From: an uncultured Deinococcaceae bacterium
GTDB taxonomy: Bacteria; Deinococcota; Deinococci; Deinococcales; Deinococcaceae
Assembly (NCBI GenBank): GCA_964252075.1
Contig: CAXULY010000007.1
Location: 64,001 to 128,000, forward strand
DNA length: 64,000 nucleotides
Reading direction: 5' to 3'
Shown here: one piece after another, positions 10,752-22,799 of the stretch
Position numbering within the stretch: position 1 is the first letter of the stretch
Layout of the letters: the number at the start of each line of letters is the position of its first letter
The notes under the pieces: model-generated
What the model was told of the DNA's origin: nothing
Database searches by the model: none
Seen by the model: only the letters and a program-made list of their open reading frames with translations
Position numbers and translations under genes: made by a program

Positions 10752-11990
10752 TCATCGGCGGTTCTGGTCCACCAGCCGCTGCACCTGGGCCTGCGCGTCA
10801 TCCAGCGCCTTCTTCGGGTCGGCGCCCTGGTTCGTGACGGCGTCCACAGCCTTGTCCACGAAGCTGCCGTAGTCCGGCGCGTAGGTCGGGGACGGGTTGA
10901 CGGCAGTGTACTTGATGTTGTTCACCATCATCTTGAACACCGGGTCGTCGTTGCCGGCGGCGGCGCTGCGCGCGGCGGGGAAGTCATTCTGCTCGCGCGC
11001 CCAGACTTTCGCGCCTTCCGTCGCCATGTACCGCGCGAAGGCGTACGCCTCCTTGGGGTGCTTGCTGCCGTACGGCACCTCCAAGTTGAAGCCGCCGCCC
11101 CACGTCATGGTGGGGTTCGGGCGCCCGTTCTGGGTGGGGACGCGCGCCACGCCGTAATTCAGGTTCGGCGCGTACTTCTTGATGGTGGCGGCGTAGGTGC
11201 CGGCCTCCACCTGCATGGCGAGGCGCCCGCTGATGAAGGGGTCCTGCGCGCCCGACCCGAAGCCGCTCTTGAAGGCCGCGACGTTGCGCGCGCCCAGGCG
11301 GTCCGACCAGCTCTTCAGCCACGTGAGGGTCTTCAGCGCCACTGGGTTGTTGATCTGCGGGTTCTCGAACTTCGCGTCCCACAGGCTGCTGCCGGCGTTC
11401 TGCACCCAGCCCTCGTACCCGAAGGCGCCGAACAGCGGGTAGAAGCCGACGCGCTGGTAGTTCGGACCGGCCTTCTGGTCGAGCTTCTTCGCGACGGTCT
11501 CCAGCTGCGCCCAGGTGGTGGGGGGCTTGTTCGGGTCGAGGCCCGCCTGCTTGAAGATGTCCTTGTTGTAATACAGGAAGCGCACTTCCGTCACGAACGG
11601 CAGCGCGTACTGGTCACCCTGGTACGTGCCGATGGACCACAGGTTCGGGAAGAAGCTGGCCTTCAGCTGGTTCGCGCCGAGCGGCGTGAGGTCGGTCGCC
11701 TGCTTCTTTGCGGCGCGGATGGCGGTCGTGCGGATGTCGATGACCACCACGTCCGGCGGGTTGCCGGCCGCGACGGACGCGAGCGTCTTGGTGGGCAGCT
11801 GATCGAAGGGCACGAAGGTGTACTTCACCTGAACGTCCGGGTGCGCCTTGTTCCAGGTGTCAATGATTTTGTTGATGGTGGGGCGCCGCTGCTCGGACCC
11901 CCAGTGCGCCCAGAACTGCAGGGTGACGCCCTGCGCGCCAGCCACGCCCAACAGGCCAAGACCCAGCGCCACGATGTTTCTCGTCCGCAT
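10752..11990 (-). CDS. Sugar ABC transporter substrate-binding protein
   Basis: Signal peptide, GNPPDV, YYNKDIFKQAG, PPTTW; AAGGAG RBS. Confidence 0.92.
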   Translation of the reverse strand: MRTRNIVALGLGLLGVAGAQGVTLQFWAHWGSEQRRPTINKIIDTWNKAHPDVQVKYTFVPFDQLPTKTLASVAAGNPPDVVVIDIRTTAIRAAKKQATDLTPLGANQLKASFFPNLWSIGTYQGDQYALPFVTEVRFLYYNKDIFKQAGLDPNKPPTTWAQLETVAKKLDQKAGPNYQRVGFYPLFGAFGYEGWVQNAGSSLWDAKFENPQINNPVALKTLTWLKSWSDRLGARNVAAFKSGFGSGAQDPFISGRLAMQVEAGTYAATIKKYAPNLNYGVARVPTQNGRPNPTMTWGGGFNLEVPYGSKHPKEAYAFARYMATEGAKVWAREQNDFPAARSAAAGNDDPVFKMMVNNIKYTAVNPSPTYAPDYGSFVDKAVDAVTNQGADPKKALDDAQAQVQRLVDQNRR

Positions 11991-12140
11991 ATGTGCTCCT
12001 TTGCGTACCGATGAGGTTGGAAAAAAACCGGCAAGGCCGGATGGTGGTCAGCCTAGCGGGTCCAGGGGCACTTCTTCCTGCGATTCAGACGAAGCCCGAA
12101 GCTGAAAATTCTCATGCCACCCTTGCGCGGGCGTAAAACT

Positions 12141-12728
12141 TCATGAAGGCTCGCTGAGCTGAAGTTGCTCCATGCCCGCCCAGTACGCCAGCAGCAGGCA
12201 CACGCCCGCCACCGCCCAGAGGGTCTTGAAGACCGTGGCCAGCAGCGCCAGGGCCAGCACGGGCAGCGCGCCCAGCAGGGCGTACCCGGGCGCGCGCATG
12301 ACCCGGCCAGCCCCCAGCGCGAAGGCGCGCGCGGCGGGCGCGCCGCCCGCCATGGCGGCCAGCCAGTACGGCTGCACCGCCAGCCACAGCAGGGCCGCCA
12401 GCAGCAGCAGCACCAGCGCCAGCGCCTGCCCGAAGGGCGGCAGCACGCGCGGCCAGTACAGCACGTTGCTCACCCACACGAAGAGTGCCAGCAGCCACCA
12501 CAACCCCCACACCGTGCCCGGCCACCACAGGCGCCGCGCGAGCGGCCCCACGTCCCGGCGGGAGGCGGCGGGCGCGCGCAGCCACGCGAAGGCCGTGAGG
12601 GTCGCGGCGCCCAGCGTCACGAGCGGCCACACGCACACCAGCCACAGCACATTCGCCAGCATGAGTTGCGGCAGGCGCCGGAAGAGTTCCGGGATCAGGG
12701 CACGCCAGGCGCGCAGGGCGAACAGCAC
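12141..12728 (-). CDS. Membrane protein (YesL/DUF624-like)
   Basis: ANVLWLVCVWPLVTLGAAT N-terminus, four hydrophobic segments, adjacent to sugar ABC operon. Confidence 0.6.
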   Translation of the reverse strand: MLFALRAWRALIPELFRRLPQLMLANVLWLVCVWPLVTLGAATLTAFAWLRAPAASRRDVGPLARRLWWPGTVWGLWWLLALFVWVSNVLYWPRVLPPFGQALALVLLLLAALLWLAVQPYWLAAMAGGAPAARAFALGAGRVMRAPGYALLGALPVLALALLATVFKTLWAVAGVCLLLAYWAGMEQLQLSEPS

Positions 12729-12799
12729 CCCCCCAGCCTAGAGCGGCGGCGGCGCGCGCGTCAGGGGGTCCGCTCGCGGCTGCGGCGCACTGGGCGCTC

Positions 12800-12808
12800 T
12801 GCTACAAT
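12800..12808 (+). promoter_or_regulatory. Extended -10 promoter for leaderless leader-peptide transcript
   Basis: TG-c-TACAAT, 6 nt before ATG 12815. Confidence 0.75.
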
Positions 12809-12814
12809 GGCCGC

Positions 12815-12871
12815 ATGAGCTCGCCCTTCAGCATGTTCAACATGATGATGCGAATGTCCCCCGCCCGGTAG
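12815..12871 (+). CDS. Met-rich leader peptide MSSPFSMFNMMMRMSPAR
   Basis: 18 codons, 6 ATG including ATGATGATG; directly upstream of attenuator and metG. Confidence 0.85.
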   Translation: MSSPFSMFNMMMRMSPAR

Positions 12872-12915
12872 CAGTGATGACCAGGGTGGGGGCGCGGGTG
12901 CGCCCCCGCTTTTTT
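12858..12915 (+). terminator. Attenuator: antiterminator (12858-12868/12881-12892) and terminator (12888-12907 + T6)
   Basis: GGGGGCGC-gggt-GCGCCCCC-gc-TTTTTT; CCCCCGCCCGG pairs alternatively with CCaGGGTGGGGG. Confidence 0.85.
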
Positions 12916-12955
12916 GCGTGCTGACCTATGCTGAGCGCTGATGAGGAGTTCGGAC

Positions 12956-14920
12956 ATGACCAGAGAGCCGTTTTACATCACGACCGCCATTGACTATGCC
13001 AACGGCGAGCCGCACATCGGGCACCTCTATGAAAAAATCCTGACGGACGCCATCGCCCGCTACCACCGCCTCGCCGGGTACGAGACGTACTTCCTCACGG
13101 GCACCGACGAGCACGGCGAGAAGATCGCGAAGGCCGCCGCGAAGGCCGGGCAGACGCCGCAGGCTTTCGTGGACGACCTGAGCCTGCGCGCCTTCAAGGG
13201 CCTGTGGGACGCCGCGGAACTCAGTTACGACGACTTCATCCGCACCACCGAGCACCGCCACAAGAAGTACGTCTCGGAGATCCTGCAGCGCGTGTACGAC
13301 GCGGGCGACATCTACTTCGCGGAGTACGAGGGCCTGTACAGCGTGGGCGCCGAACGCTACGTGACGGACAAGGAACTCGTGGAGGGCCCGGATGGCGTGC
13401 GGCGCTTCCCTGGCGACAAGGACCCGCCCGAGGTGCGGCGCGAGGCGAATTACTTCTTCCGCATGGAGAAGTACCAGGGCTGGCTGCTGGAGCACCTGCA
13501 GCAGAACCCCGCCTTCATCCAGCCGACCGGGTACCGCAACGAGGTGCTGGAGATGCTGCGCGAACCCATCGGGGACCTCAGCATCTCGCGCCCCAAGTCG
13601 CGCGTGCCGTGGGGCATCGAGCTGCCCTGGGACCCGGACCACGTGACGTACGTGTGGTTCGACGCGCTCCTCAATTACGTCTCCGGCCCGGTCAGCCGGA
13701 GCCGCGGGAACCTCTTCGAGCACGCGTGGCACGTGATCGGCAAGGACATCCTGAAGCCGCACGCGGTGTTCTGGCCCACCATGCTGCGCGCCGCCGGGCT
13801 GCCGCTGTTCGAGAAGCTGGTGGTGCACGCGCACATCCTCGCGGAGGACGGCCGCAAGATGGGCAAGAGCCTCGGGAACGCCATTGACCCCGCGCAGCTC
13901 CTCGCGGACTGGGGGGCGGACACCGTGCGTTACACCCTGCTGCGCGAGACGACGCTCGGCGCGGACAGCCCCTACGGCGAGGGCATCCTGCGCGCGCGCC
14001 TGGAGAGCGACCTCGCGAACGACCTGGGGAACCTGCTGTCGCGCACCCTCAGCATGGTCGTGAAGTACCGCGGCGGCGTGGTGCCGCAGGCCACCGACAT
14101 CGGCGCGCGCGAGCACGCCATCGAGGCGCGCGCCCTCGCGCTGCCCGCCGAGGTGCTGGGCCTCGTGCGCGACCTGAAGCTCAATGTCGCGCTCGACACC
14201 GCGATGGGCTTCGTGCGCGACCTGAACCGCTACATCGCGGAGAGCCGCCCCTGGGACCTCGCGAAGGACGACGCCCTGGCGGGCAAGCTGGACGCCGTGC
14301 TGTACACCGCCATCGAGGGCCTGCGCGCCGCGAGCGTGCTGCTGGAACCCGTGATTCCCGCGAAGGCCGCCGAGCTGCGCGCGCAGCTCGGCCTGAGCGG
14401 GCAGCGGTACACGCTGACGGGCAGCTGGGGCCTCACGCCGCCCGGCACGCGCGTGCAGCCCGGCAGCGTGCTGTTCCCCAAACCCGACGATCAGACGAAG
14501 AAAGAGGACCGCAAAGCCGTGACCACCGAAACGCAGACCGCCACCCCGAACGCCGCCCAGGCGAGCGACGTGAAACCCGCCGAAGTCAGCACGCCCCTCA
14601 TCAGCATCGACGACTTCGCGCGCGTGGACCTGCGCATCGTGGAGGTCGTGGCCGCCGAGGCGGTCGAGAAGGCCGACAAACTCCTGAAACTCACGGTCCG
14701 CCTCGGGGACGAGACGCGCACCGTGGTGAGCGGCATCCGCAAGTGGTTCGCGCCGGAGGACCTCGTGGGCCGCAAGGTGGTGCTCGTCGCGAACCTCAAG
14801 CCCGCCAAGCTGCGCGGCATCGAGAGCCAGGGCATGATCCTGGCCGCCGAGGACAGCGAGGGGAACCTCGACCTGCTCGGCACGCAGCTGGACCTGCCGA
14901 GCGGCACCCAGGTGCGGTAA
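12956..14920 (+). CDS. metG: Methionyl-tRNA synthetase
   Basis: [16 protein letters not shown]-terminal tRNA-binding OB domain; GAGGAG RBS before ATG 12956. Confidence 0.97.
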   Translation: MTREPFYITTAIDYANGEPHIGHLYEKILTDAIARYHRLAGYETYFLTGTDEHGEKIAKAAAKAGQTPQAFVDDLSLRAFKGLWDAAELSYDDFIRTTEHRHKKYVSEILQRVYDAGDIYFAEYEGLYSVGAERYVTDKELVEGPDGVRRFPGDKDPPEVRREANYFFRMEKYQGWLLEHLQQNPAFIQPTGYRNEVLEMLREPIGDLSISRPKSRVPWGIELPWDPDHVTYVWFDALLNYVSGPVSRSRGNLFEHAWHVIGKDILKPHAVFWPTMLRAAGLPLFEKLVVHAHILAEDGRKMGKSLGNAIDPAQLLADWGADTVRYTLLRETTLGADSPYGEGILRARLESDLANDLGNLLSRTLSMVVKYRGGVVPQATDIGAREHAIEARALALPAEVLGLVRDLKLNVALDTAMGFVRDLNRYIAESRPWDLAKDDALAGKLDAVLYTAIEGLRAASVLLEPVIPAKAAELRAQLGLSGQRYTLTGSWGLTPPGTRVQPGSVLFPKPDDQTKKEDRKAVTTETQTATPNAAQASDVKPAEVSTPLISIDDFARVDLRIVEVVAAEAVEKADKLLKLTVRLGDETRTVVSGIRKWFAPEDLVGRKVVLVANLKPAKLRGIESQGMILAAEDSEGNLDLLGTQLDLPSGTQVR

Positions 14921-14999
14921 GGAGAACCCGCGTTTCGCCAAGCCAGGGGCCCTCATGCCGGGGGCCCCTGTTGCGTTGGCCCTCCGTGGACCCTGCCGC

Positions 15000-15908
15000 T
15001 CAGGGCGCGAGCACCGCCGTGAGGAGGTGCATCAGGTGCCAGGCCGCCTGACCGTCCAGATCGCGGTCCGGGTCGTAGATGGTGACGTTCAGGCCCGCGA
15101 CCAGCCCGGAGCGCAGCACGGCGCGCAAGGCCACGGTGGCCTCCGCGGTCCACAGGCCGTCCGGCTGCGGGGCGTCCACGGCGGGCATCTGCGCGTGGTG
15201 CAGCACGTCGGCATCGAGGTGCAGCCAGATGCGGTCCAGGCCCTGACGCGCGAAGCGTTCCAGGGCGACCTCGGCGGCGCCCTCCGCGCCGAGCGTGCGG
15301 ATGGTCTGGAGGTCGAGCAGGGTCATGTCCGCGTCGCGCGGGTCGGGCAGCCCGGCGGCGCGGCGGGCCTCGCCGTCGCGCGGGCCGAACAGCACCACGT
15401 CCTGCGGTTGAATCAGCGGCGGTGGATGGACGGCGCTGATGACGGGCAGGTGCCCACGCGTGACGAACCACAGGTCCATGCCGGCCAGCCCGCCCGTCTG
15501 CGACTGCTCCGGCGGCCAGTCGTCGGTGTGCCCGTCGCAGAACAGCAGCCCGAAGCGCCCGCGCTGGCGCAGGGCCAGCGCGACGCCCTGCAGCACGCTG
15601 CAGTCGCCGCCCAGCACGATGGGGCGAAAGCCTGCGTCCAGCGTCTCGCGGAGCCGCCCGGCGAGCGCCAGCGCGTAGGTCTGCACCGCCGCGGCGTTCA
15701 GCGCGTTCGTGTCCGGTTCGCGCTGCGCGGCGTACGCGGTGGGGGCGGGGAGCGTCCCGGCGTCGTGGGCGTTCAGGGCGTCCAGCAGCCCCAGGCGCCG
15801 CAGGGTGGCGGGCAGACGAGCCACGCCGGGCACGACCTCTGGCCGGTCGCGGCGCAGGCCGAGTGTCAGTGGGGCGTCCAGCACGGAGTACCGGATGGGC
15901 GCGTTCAC
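15000..15908 (-). CDS. Arginase family protein
   Basis: LGGDCS, DGHTD, HLDADV, PDGL motifs. Confidence 0.88.
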   Translation of the reverse strand: MNAPIRYSVLDAPLTLGLRRDRPEVVPGVARLPATLRRLGLLDALNAHDAGTLPAPTAYAAQREPDTNALNAAAVQTYALALAGRLRETLDAGFRPIVLGGDCSVLQGVALALRQRGRFGLLFCDGHTDDWPPEQSQTGGLAGMDLWFVTRGHLPVISAVHPPPLIQPQDVVLFGPRDGEARRAAGLPDPRDADMTLLDLQTIRTLGAEGAAEVALERFARQGLDRIWLHLDADVLHHAQMPAVDAPQPDGLWTAEATVALRAVLRSGLVAGLNVTIYDPDRDLDGQAAWHLMHLLTAVLAP

Positions 15909-15918
15909 CCCGGCGCCA

Positions 15919-17376
15919 TCACGTCCGCGTGAGGACCAGCGCGCCGCGCGCGGGCACCGTGAAGGCCGCCGCGTCGCCCAGCTCGTGTCGGCGGTCGGTG
16001 AGGGCGTCCAGGTAACAGCCGGGCTCCAGGCCCGTCAGGTAGAGGTTCTGCGGGTACAGCGCGGTGTTCATGAGCACGTACGCGACGTCGTCGTCGCAGG
16101 TGCGGCGGTACGCGAGGAGGTCGCTCTCGGCGCGCAGCACCTCGAAGGCCCCGCGCCGCAGGGCGGCGCTGCCGTGCCGGGCGCGCGTGAGGCGGCGCGT
16201 GAGGTCCAGCGTTCCCTCATCCCAGGTGTCGGGCCGCGCCCACGGGAAGGCGCGGCGGCAGTCCGGGTCGGGGCCGCCCACAAGGCCCACCTCGTCGCCG
16301 TAGTAGATGCAGGGCGCGCCCACGTACGTCATCTGGAACACCGTGGCGAGGCGGTACGCGCTGGCGTCCCCGCCCACCGCCGTGATGAAGCGCGCGGTGT
16401 CGTGCGAGTCCAGCAGGTTCAGCTGCGCCTGCGCGATCTGCGGGTGGTGCGTGCGCGCCACGTCCGTCATGCGCGCCGCGAACTGCTCGACCGTCATGGG
16501 GTCCACGCGCCCCGTGCCGCTCGCCTCGTTCATGCGGTGGTCGAGGGTGTGCGCGCCGAAGTACGCGAGGCACGGGCGGGTGAAGGGGTAATTCATGACG
16601 GCGTCGAACTGGTCGCCCGCCAGCCAGCGCGAGGCGTCCCCCCAGATCTCCCCCACGATGTACGCGTCCGGGTTCACGGCCTTCACGCGGCGGCGGAACT
16701 CCCGCCAGAAGGCGTCGTCGTCAATTTCGTTCGGCACGTCGAGGCGCCAGCCGTCAATGCCGAAGCGCACCCAGCGCTCCGCGACGTCCAGCAGGAACGC
16801 GCGCACGGCGGGGGTGTTTGTGTTGAACTTCGGGAGGGCGCGGTTCCCCCACCACCCCAGGTAATTCGCGGGCTGCGCAGCGTCGTACGGGGAGAGCGGC
16901 CAGCCCTGCACGTGGAACCAGTCCACGTAGGCGCTGTCCCGGCCGTTCTCGAGGATGTCGTTGAACTGGAAGAAGCCGCGCGAGGCGTGGTTGAACACGC
17001 CGTCCAGCACCACGCGCAGGCCGCGCGCGTGCGCGAGGTCAAGGAGTTCCCGCAGCGCCTCGTTGCCGCCCAGCATGGGGTCCACGAGGTGGTAGTCGTG
17101 CGTGTGGTAGCGGTGGTTGCTGGCGGACTGGAAGACCGGGCAGAAGTAGATGGCGTTCACGCCGAGCGACTGGATGTGGTCCAGGTGCTCCGCGACGCCC
17201 AGCAGGTCGCCGCCCTGGTAGCCGTGCGGGGTGGGGAGTTCACCCCAGTCCTGCAGGTGGCTGGCCTTCGGCACGCGGTCCGAGCGCGCGAAGCGGTCGG
17301 GGAAGATCTGGTAGAACACCGCGTCCTTCACCCAGTCGGGCGTGCGGACCTCAGCTTCGTTCGGGGCGGGCGTCAT
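15919..17376 (-). CDS. GH13 neopullulanase/cyclomaltodextrinase
   Basis: [40 protein letters not shown]. Confidence 0.92.
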   Translation of the reverse strand: MTPAPNEAEVRTPDWVKDAVFYQIFPDRFARSDRVPKASHLQDWGELPTPHGYQGGDLLGVAEHLDHIQSLGVNAIYFCPVFQSASNHRYHTHDYHLVDPMLGGNEALRELLDLAHARGLRVVLDGVFNHASRGFFQFNDILENGRDSAYVDWFHVQGWPLSPYDAAQPANYLGWWGNRALPKFNTNTPAVRAFLLDVAERWVRFGIDGWRLDVPNEIDDDAFWREFRRRVKAVNPDAYIVGEIWGDASRWLAGDQFDAVMNYPFTRPCLAYFGAHTLDHRMNEASGTGRVDPMTVEQFAARMTDVARTHHPQIAQAQLNLLDSHDTARFITAVGGDASAYRLATVFQMTYVGAPCIYYGDEVGLVGGPDPDCRRAFPWARPDTWDEGTLDLTRRLTRARHGSAALRRGAFEVLRAESDLLAYRRTCDDDVAYVLMNTALYPQNLYLTGLEPGCYLDALTDRRHELGDAAAFTVPARGALVLTRT

Positions 17377-18695
17377 TCATGAGAGTCTAGCGTCCGGCGC
17401 GCCCACCAGTCCCGCACCCACGCGCGCGCCTCATCGGGCGTACCGAGGTCCCCCAGGGCGCGCGCCTCCGCCACGCCGTGCAGCGCCTCCCCCACCAGCG
17501 GTCCGGGCGGCACGCCCAGCAGCGCCATCACGTCCTCGCCGCGCAGCAGCGGCTCGGGCGCGCGGGGCTGCTCCTCCAGCGCCTCCAGCACCCGGCTGAT
17601 GGCCTGCTGGTACGCGAGGCGCCCGGCGGCGCTGGACTGCGGGCCGCGCCCCGCCTCGCGGTCCGCCAGCATCAGGCGCAGCAGGTCCGGCAGCAGGGCG
17701 CGGCGGCGGTGCGCGAAGCGCCGCGCCTCGCGCTCCCCAGCGGGGAGCGGCACCATGTGCGCCGAGATGAGGGCCGCGGCGCGCTCCACGAGCGCCTCCG
17801 GTTCACGCAGCCGCCGCAGCAGGCCGCGCGCCATCTCGGCGCCCACCTTGTCGTGGCCGTAAAAGCGGGTGTAGCCGCGCCCATCCTCGTCCGGCATGGC
17901 GGTGCGGGGCTTGCCGAGGTCGTGCAGCAGGGTCGCCCAGCGCAGCGTGAGGTCCGCGTCCGGGAAGCGCGCGAGCAGCTGGTGCAGCGCCTCCACCCCA
18001 TGATGAAAGACGTCGAGGTGATGAAAGCCGCCCTGGTGCACGCCGATGCCCTCGCGCAGCTCGGGCAGGTACAGGGCGAGCAGGCCCAGGTGCTCCAGGC
18101 GCAGGACGCCCCGCGCGGCGTTCGCGTGCAGCATGAGGGCGTTCAGCTCGTCACGGACGCGCTCCCAGGCAGGCAGCGGCAATCCCGCGTGCGCGAGGCG
18201 CCGGACGGCGGCCTCGGTGTCCCGCTCGATGCGGAAGCCCAGCGTGACGCTCAGCCGCGCGGCGCGCAGCAGGCGCAGCGGGTCCTCGCGCAGGTTCGCC
18301 TCGCTCAGCATGCGGAGCTGACGGGCGCGCAGGTCCCGCAGGCCGCCCAGCGGGTCCGTGACGAGGCCGTCCGGCCCGACCGCGAGGGCGTTCACGGTGA
18401 AGTCGCGCCGCGCAAGGTCCGCCTCCAGGCTGCCGTGCAGCGGCACGAAGTCATGCTGGACGCCGCCCGCCGCCACCACCCGCCAGTGCCCGCGCGCAGC
18501 GTCCAGCGGGAAGGCGCTGCCGCCCACGCGCGCGGCGAGGTCGCGCGCGACGCCCTCCGGGTCCGGGGTGAGCCAGTCCAGGTCCTTCGGGACCGCGCCG
18601 CGCAGCAGGTCGCGCGCCGCGCCGCCCACCAGCCACGCGCCCGGCGGCCGGGGGTCCAGGACCTCCAGCTTCAGGCGCGGGACGCGGCGGAACAT
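17373..18695 (-). CDS. Class II tRNA nucleotidyltransferase with HD domain (likely CC-adding)
   Basis: [36 protein letters not shown]. Confidence 0.88.
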   Translation of the reverse strand: MFRRVPRLKLEVLDPRPPGAWLVGGAARDLLRGAVPKDLDWLTPDPEGVARDLAARVGGSAFPLDAARGHWRVVAAGGVQHDFVPLHGSLEADLARRDFTVNALAVGPDGLVTDPLGGLRDLRARQLRMLSEANLREDPLRLLRAARLSVTLGFRIERDTEAAVRRLAHAGLPLPAWERVRDELNALMLHANAARGVLRLEHLGLLALYLPELREGIGVHQGGFHHLDVFHHGVEALHQLLARFPDADLTLRWATLLHDLGKPRTAMPDEDGRGYTRFYGHDKVGAEMARGLLRRLREPEALVERAAALISAHMVPLPAGEREARRFAHRRRALLPDLLRLMLADREAGRGPQSSAAGRLAYQQAISRVLEALEEQPRAPEPLLRGEDVMALLGVPPGPLVGEALHGVAEARALGDLGTPDEARAWVRDWWARRTLDSHE

Positions 18696-18717
18696 GCTGA
18701 GCGTGTAGGGCGGGCCG

Positions 18718-18978
18718 TCACTCGATGGCGGCGGCCGCCTCGCTCACCGCGTCACCCGGCGAGAGGGCCACCCCGAACTCCTCCGCCGCGTGCACGATGC
18801 GCCGCGCCGCCTCGCGCCGCGCGCCCGCCCCACCGAAGTGCGTCTGCGCGAAGCGCGCCACGGCGTTTCGCACGTGCGCCTCGTCGTGAATGGGCAGGTG
18901 CCGCCCGCCGTGGTCATCCACGAACGCGAAGTCGCGGTCCTGCAGGTGCTCGCGCTGCGATTCACTGAGTTCAGCCAT
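18718..18978 (-). CDS. Small conserved protein (DUF6582-like)
   Basis: AGGAGG RBS; R..L.DRDFAF....[17 protein letters not shown]. Confidence 0.75.
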   Translation of the reverse strand: MAELSESQREHLQDRDFAFVDDHGGRHLPIHDEAHVRNAVARFAQTHFGGAGARREAARRIVHAAEEFGVALSPGDAVSEAAAAIE

Positions 18979-19096
18979 GCCCTGTCCTCCCTGCACCGAG
19001 CGTCCGGCGCGCCCCTGAGCTGCGCATGAGGGCGGGCTGGGCGCGCCTTCGTGACCCGCGACCAATGCGTGGGCGCGTGCGGGGGTAGAAGAAGGG

Positions 19097-20122
<1,026 letters not shown>

Positions 20123-20189
20123 GCGCAGGTCCGGGTGGCGCGCCACCCGGACCTCACCCGTCACGACCCTGAGCTTCCCGGTGGAGAGT

Positions 20190-21134
20190 TCACTCCGCGC
20201 TGGGTGGCTGCGTCTGCTCCAGCGTCAGCGCCTCGCGCGTGACGGCGCGGCGCGCCTCCAGCCACTCGTGCACGCCGCGCTGCGTCACCACGAACACGAA
20301 GCCGTCCGCGGGGTCCGCCTCAATCAGCAGGCCGCGCAGGTCCAGGTCATCGTCACGCAGGTCCCGCACCACCCGCGCCTGCCCCTCGAAGGTCGCGCGC
20401 ACGTGCGCGAGGTTCGTCGCGAGGAGGTGCAGCGCCGCCACCTCACCCGCCTGGTGCTGCGCGGGCTGCCACGGCCGCCCGAACAGGGCTCCAGCGGCGT
20501 CCGGGGTGAGCCACGTCGCCGTGTGCGGCCCAAGCTCGAAGCGCGCCGCGGTGCCGGGCAGCGCGATCAGGGCGCTCGGCGCCAGGAAGTCCCGCCACTG
20601 TTCCGCCCGCACCTGTGGGTCCGGCGTCACGAACAGCGCGCCCTGCACGGCGTACAGCCCGTTGGGGTGCACGCGCACCCGCAGGCGGTCCGGGTTGCTG
20701 CGGTGGTACGTGATGATGGACGCCTCGATGCCCGCGAGGACCTGCGGGATCGGCTGGAAACTCCACACCGGGCCGCCCTGCGGGTCGTCCACGCGCGCCT
20801 TCTGAATCACGTCCGGCAGGGCGTACCCGCGCGCCGCCCGGTCCTCATGCAAACCCTGCGGGTCCGACGTGTGAAACAGGATGGAGTACGGCCGGTGCGC
20901 GTCACGCAGGTCGCGCAGGGCCGCGCCGCCCGCCGCGAAGGCCGCCTCGTCCTCCACCCACGCGAACTCCAGGTACTCCGGCCCGAAACGCAGGAAGGCG
21001 TTGCGCAGGCCCGGCTCGTGCCGCACCGTTCCGGCATTCACGTCGAATCCCAGGCGGCGGTACGCCTCCACGTGAGCCTCGACGCTGGGGGCCTCCACGA
21101 AGGAGATGAAGTGATCGAAGCGCAGGTCCGTCAT
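20190..21134 (-). CDS. VOC/glyoxalase-like protein
   Basis: RFDHFI..LGF..G..H.G..NA..FG.EYLE; TAGGCT before ATG. Confidence 0.7.
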   Translation of the reverse strand: MTDLRFDHFISFVEAPSVEAHVEAYRRLGFDVNAGTVRHEPGLRNAFLRFGPEYLEFAWVEDEAAFAAGGAALRDLRDAHRPYSILFHTSDPQGLHEDRAARGYALPDVIQKARVDDPQGGPVWSFQPIPQVLAGIEASIITYHRSNPDRLRVRVHPNGLYAVQGALFVTPDPQVRAEQWRDFLAPSALIALPGTAARFELGPHTATWLTPDAAGALFGRPWQPAQHQAGEVAALHLLATNLAHVRATFEGQARVVRDLRDDDLDLRGLLIEADPADGFVFVVTQRGVHEWLEARRAVTREALTLEQTQPPSAE

Positions 21135-21301
21135 GCCGCCGAGCCTAACACTCCGCAGGCGCGCGCGCGCCTCATGAAGGGACGCCGGGCGCCGCCTCAC
21201 CTGACCGTCAACTCAGGCCCGCGCCGCATTCATGCAGCTGCCCCGTAAGCCGCATGAACGCCCCCCACACTGGAAAGACCAGAAACACGGAGGAACACAC
21301 C

Positions 21302-21532
21302 ATGCAATGCCTGTGCAGATGGATTCCAGGGACGATGGATCAGGTGCGCGTCACCAGCGGCGACCTCACCGCGCAGTTCAGTCTCGGCGAAGTCGTGATC
21401 GTGCTGGGCTCCAAGGCCGTCAACGACCTGTACCTCAAGGGACGCGCGGACGTGTCCCTCACCCAGCCACTCGCGTGGCCCCTCTCCCGCAAGCACGACC
21501 AGCGCTACCTGCGCAGCGTCCTGCCCGCCTGA
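21302..21532 (+). CDS. Small hypothetical protein (76 aa)
   Basis: GGAGG RBS, GC3-rich frame. Confidence 0.65.
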   Translation: MQCLCRWIPGTMDQVRVTSGDLTAQFSLGEVVIVLGSKAVNDLYLKGRADVSLTQPLAWPLSRKHDQRYLRSVLPA

Positions 21533-21546
21533 CCCCCAAGGTGACC

Positions 21547-21792
21547 ATGAAACGACACGCCCGCACGGCCCTCCTCACCCTGTGCTTCGCCCTCCTGACC
21601 ACGCCCGCCCTCGCACAGGGCGACACGAGCGGCGCCCCTGGCCCGGACGGCTCCTCCCAGAGCGGCGGCGTGGTCGGTGAGTACAACGGCAACAACAGCA
21701 GCTCCTACTGGGGCTTGCTGGGCCTCCTCGGCCTGCTAGGCCTCATGCCCCGCCGCGCGCGCGGCACCGACACCACCCGCGCCCGCACCTGA
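21547..21792 (+). CDS. Small secreted protein with WGxxGxxG C-terminal anchor
   Basis: Signal peptide (ALA-Q), C-terminal YWGLLGLLGLLGL + basic tail. Confidence 0.8.
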   Translation: MKRHARTALLTLCFALLTTPALAQGDTSGAPGPDGSSQSGGVVGEYNGNNSSSYWGLLGLLGLLGLMPRRARGTDTTRART

Positions 21793-21843
21793 CCACGGGA
21801 CAAACAGAGGCCGCCAGACTCTCTCCGGCGCTCACTGTCTTGG

Positions 21844-21889
<46 letters not shown>

Positions 21890-22019
21890 AGGCCCCTTCA
21901 CTTGTATGGGTACGTTTATGCATGAGGGCTCTGCTCAGGTATTTTAGCTCACACACGATAAATTCACTGGCCTCCTGGTAACCCATATACATTCATGGCA
22001 AGGGATGCATTCGCACCTA

Positions 22020-22052
22020 TAGCGCACCCGTAGCGCACGAGCAGCGCATGCG
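22020..22052. repeat. Putative integrase arm-type sites (left)
   Basis: TAGCGCA/TAGCGCA/CAGCGCA at 11-bp period; same motif at 32225-32243. Confidence 0.7.
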
Positions 22053-22092
22053 CTACAGCCGCTTGTGTTGGGACGTGCGCTAAAATAGCGGC

Positions 22093-22740
22093 ATGTTCAA
22101 AAGAGCGGTGTGGAAGACAGAGAGCGAAAGTGCCGCTCTTGCCCGCCGCCGTGAAGAATCATCACGCCTTCGCTTTGGCCGCGCCCTTGATCTTTCCCTC
22201 TGGTCCTATGCCTGGGACCTTAAGACTGATGTGATGGACCGTTGCCCCTATGACAGGGAGCTTGAATTGTTCATTGTGGGGGAGCGCTTCCCTACAGGGG
22301 ACGAAGAAAGCGCGCACGAAATCATAGACGATGCGATGAAAGCCATTGTGGCGGCGCGCCGCCAGGCAGATGAAGTTGCCCGATGGTTCATGGAGCAAAC
22401 CCATGCAGGCGCTGAGGTCACTTCGGCTGAAGTGGCCACGAGGCTGGGCGCTTCGACTGAGGAAGAATCGCGGCTGTGGCTTGATGCGTTCGCCTTCCAT
22501 CTCTACTGTCATCACCGCACGGCCTACCGCGCCTTTAAACGTCTGCAGGGTGCTGAAGCGGGCCTCTCCGGGTTTGCAGCGGCGATGGCTGCGCGCATCG
22601 CTGAAGTCCGGCTGGAAGCCGAAGAGAACCAACTTCGGGGGTTTGAGCGGGCATCTACCCTCAAGCCGCTCAGACCCCTCGAGCAGCGCCCTCAACATCA
22701 GCCAAATGCGCCCACCAGTAGAGCTGACGGCATGAGCTGA
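22093..22740 (+). CDS. Hypothetical cargo protein (215 aa)
   Basis: TAAAAT 6 nt before ATG; atypical codon usage. Confidence 0.7.
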   Translation: MFKRAVWKTESESAALARRREESSRLRFGRALDLSLWSYAWDLKTDVMDRCPYDRELELFIVGERFPTGDEESAHEIIDDAMKAIVAARRQADEVARWFMEQTHAGAEVTSAEVATRLGASTEEESRLWLDAFAFHLYCHHRTAYRAFKRLQGAEAGLSGFAAAMAARIAEVRLEAEENQLRGFERASTLKPLRPLEQRPQHQPNAPTSRADGMS

Positions 22741-22797
22741 ACGCCCTTTCACAAGAGGCTTCAGCTCCGGCTCGAAGCCTCTTGTGAAAGGGCGTTC
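22739..22797. repeat. 24-bp perfect inverted repeat covering xis RBS
   Basis: GAACGCCCTTTCACAAGAGGCTTC / GAAGCCTCTTGTGAAAGGGCGTTC, 11-nt loop. Confidence 0.9.
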
Positions 22798-22799
22798 CC

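Noticed and set aside
12780..12955. T-box or SAM riboswitch upstream of metG
   Set aside because: No T-box consensus or SAM-I core, and the region is too short; the leader peptide explains it.
12926..14956. Long antisense ORFs (here and e.g. 41093-43837, 50731-52386, 60532-63069)
   Set aside because: Shadow frames of real genes caused by high GC3; no motifs or translation signals.
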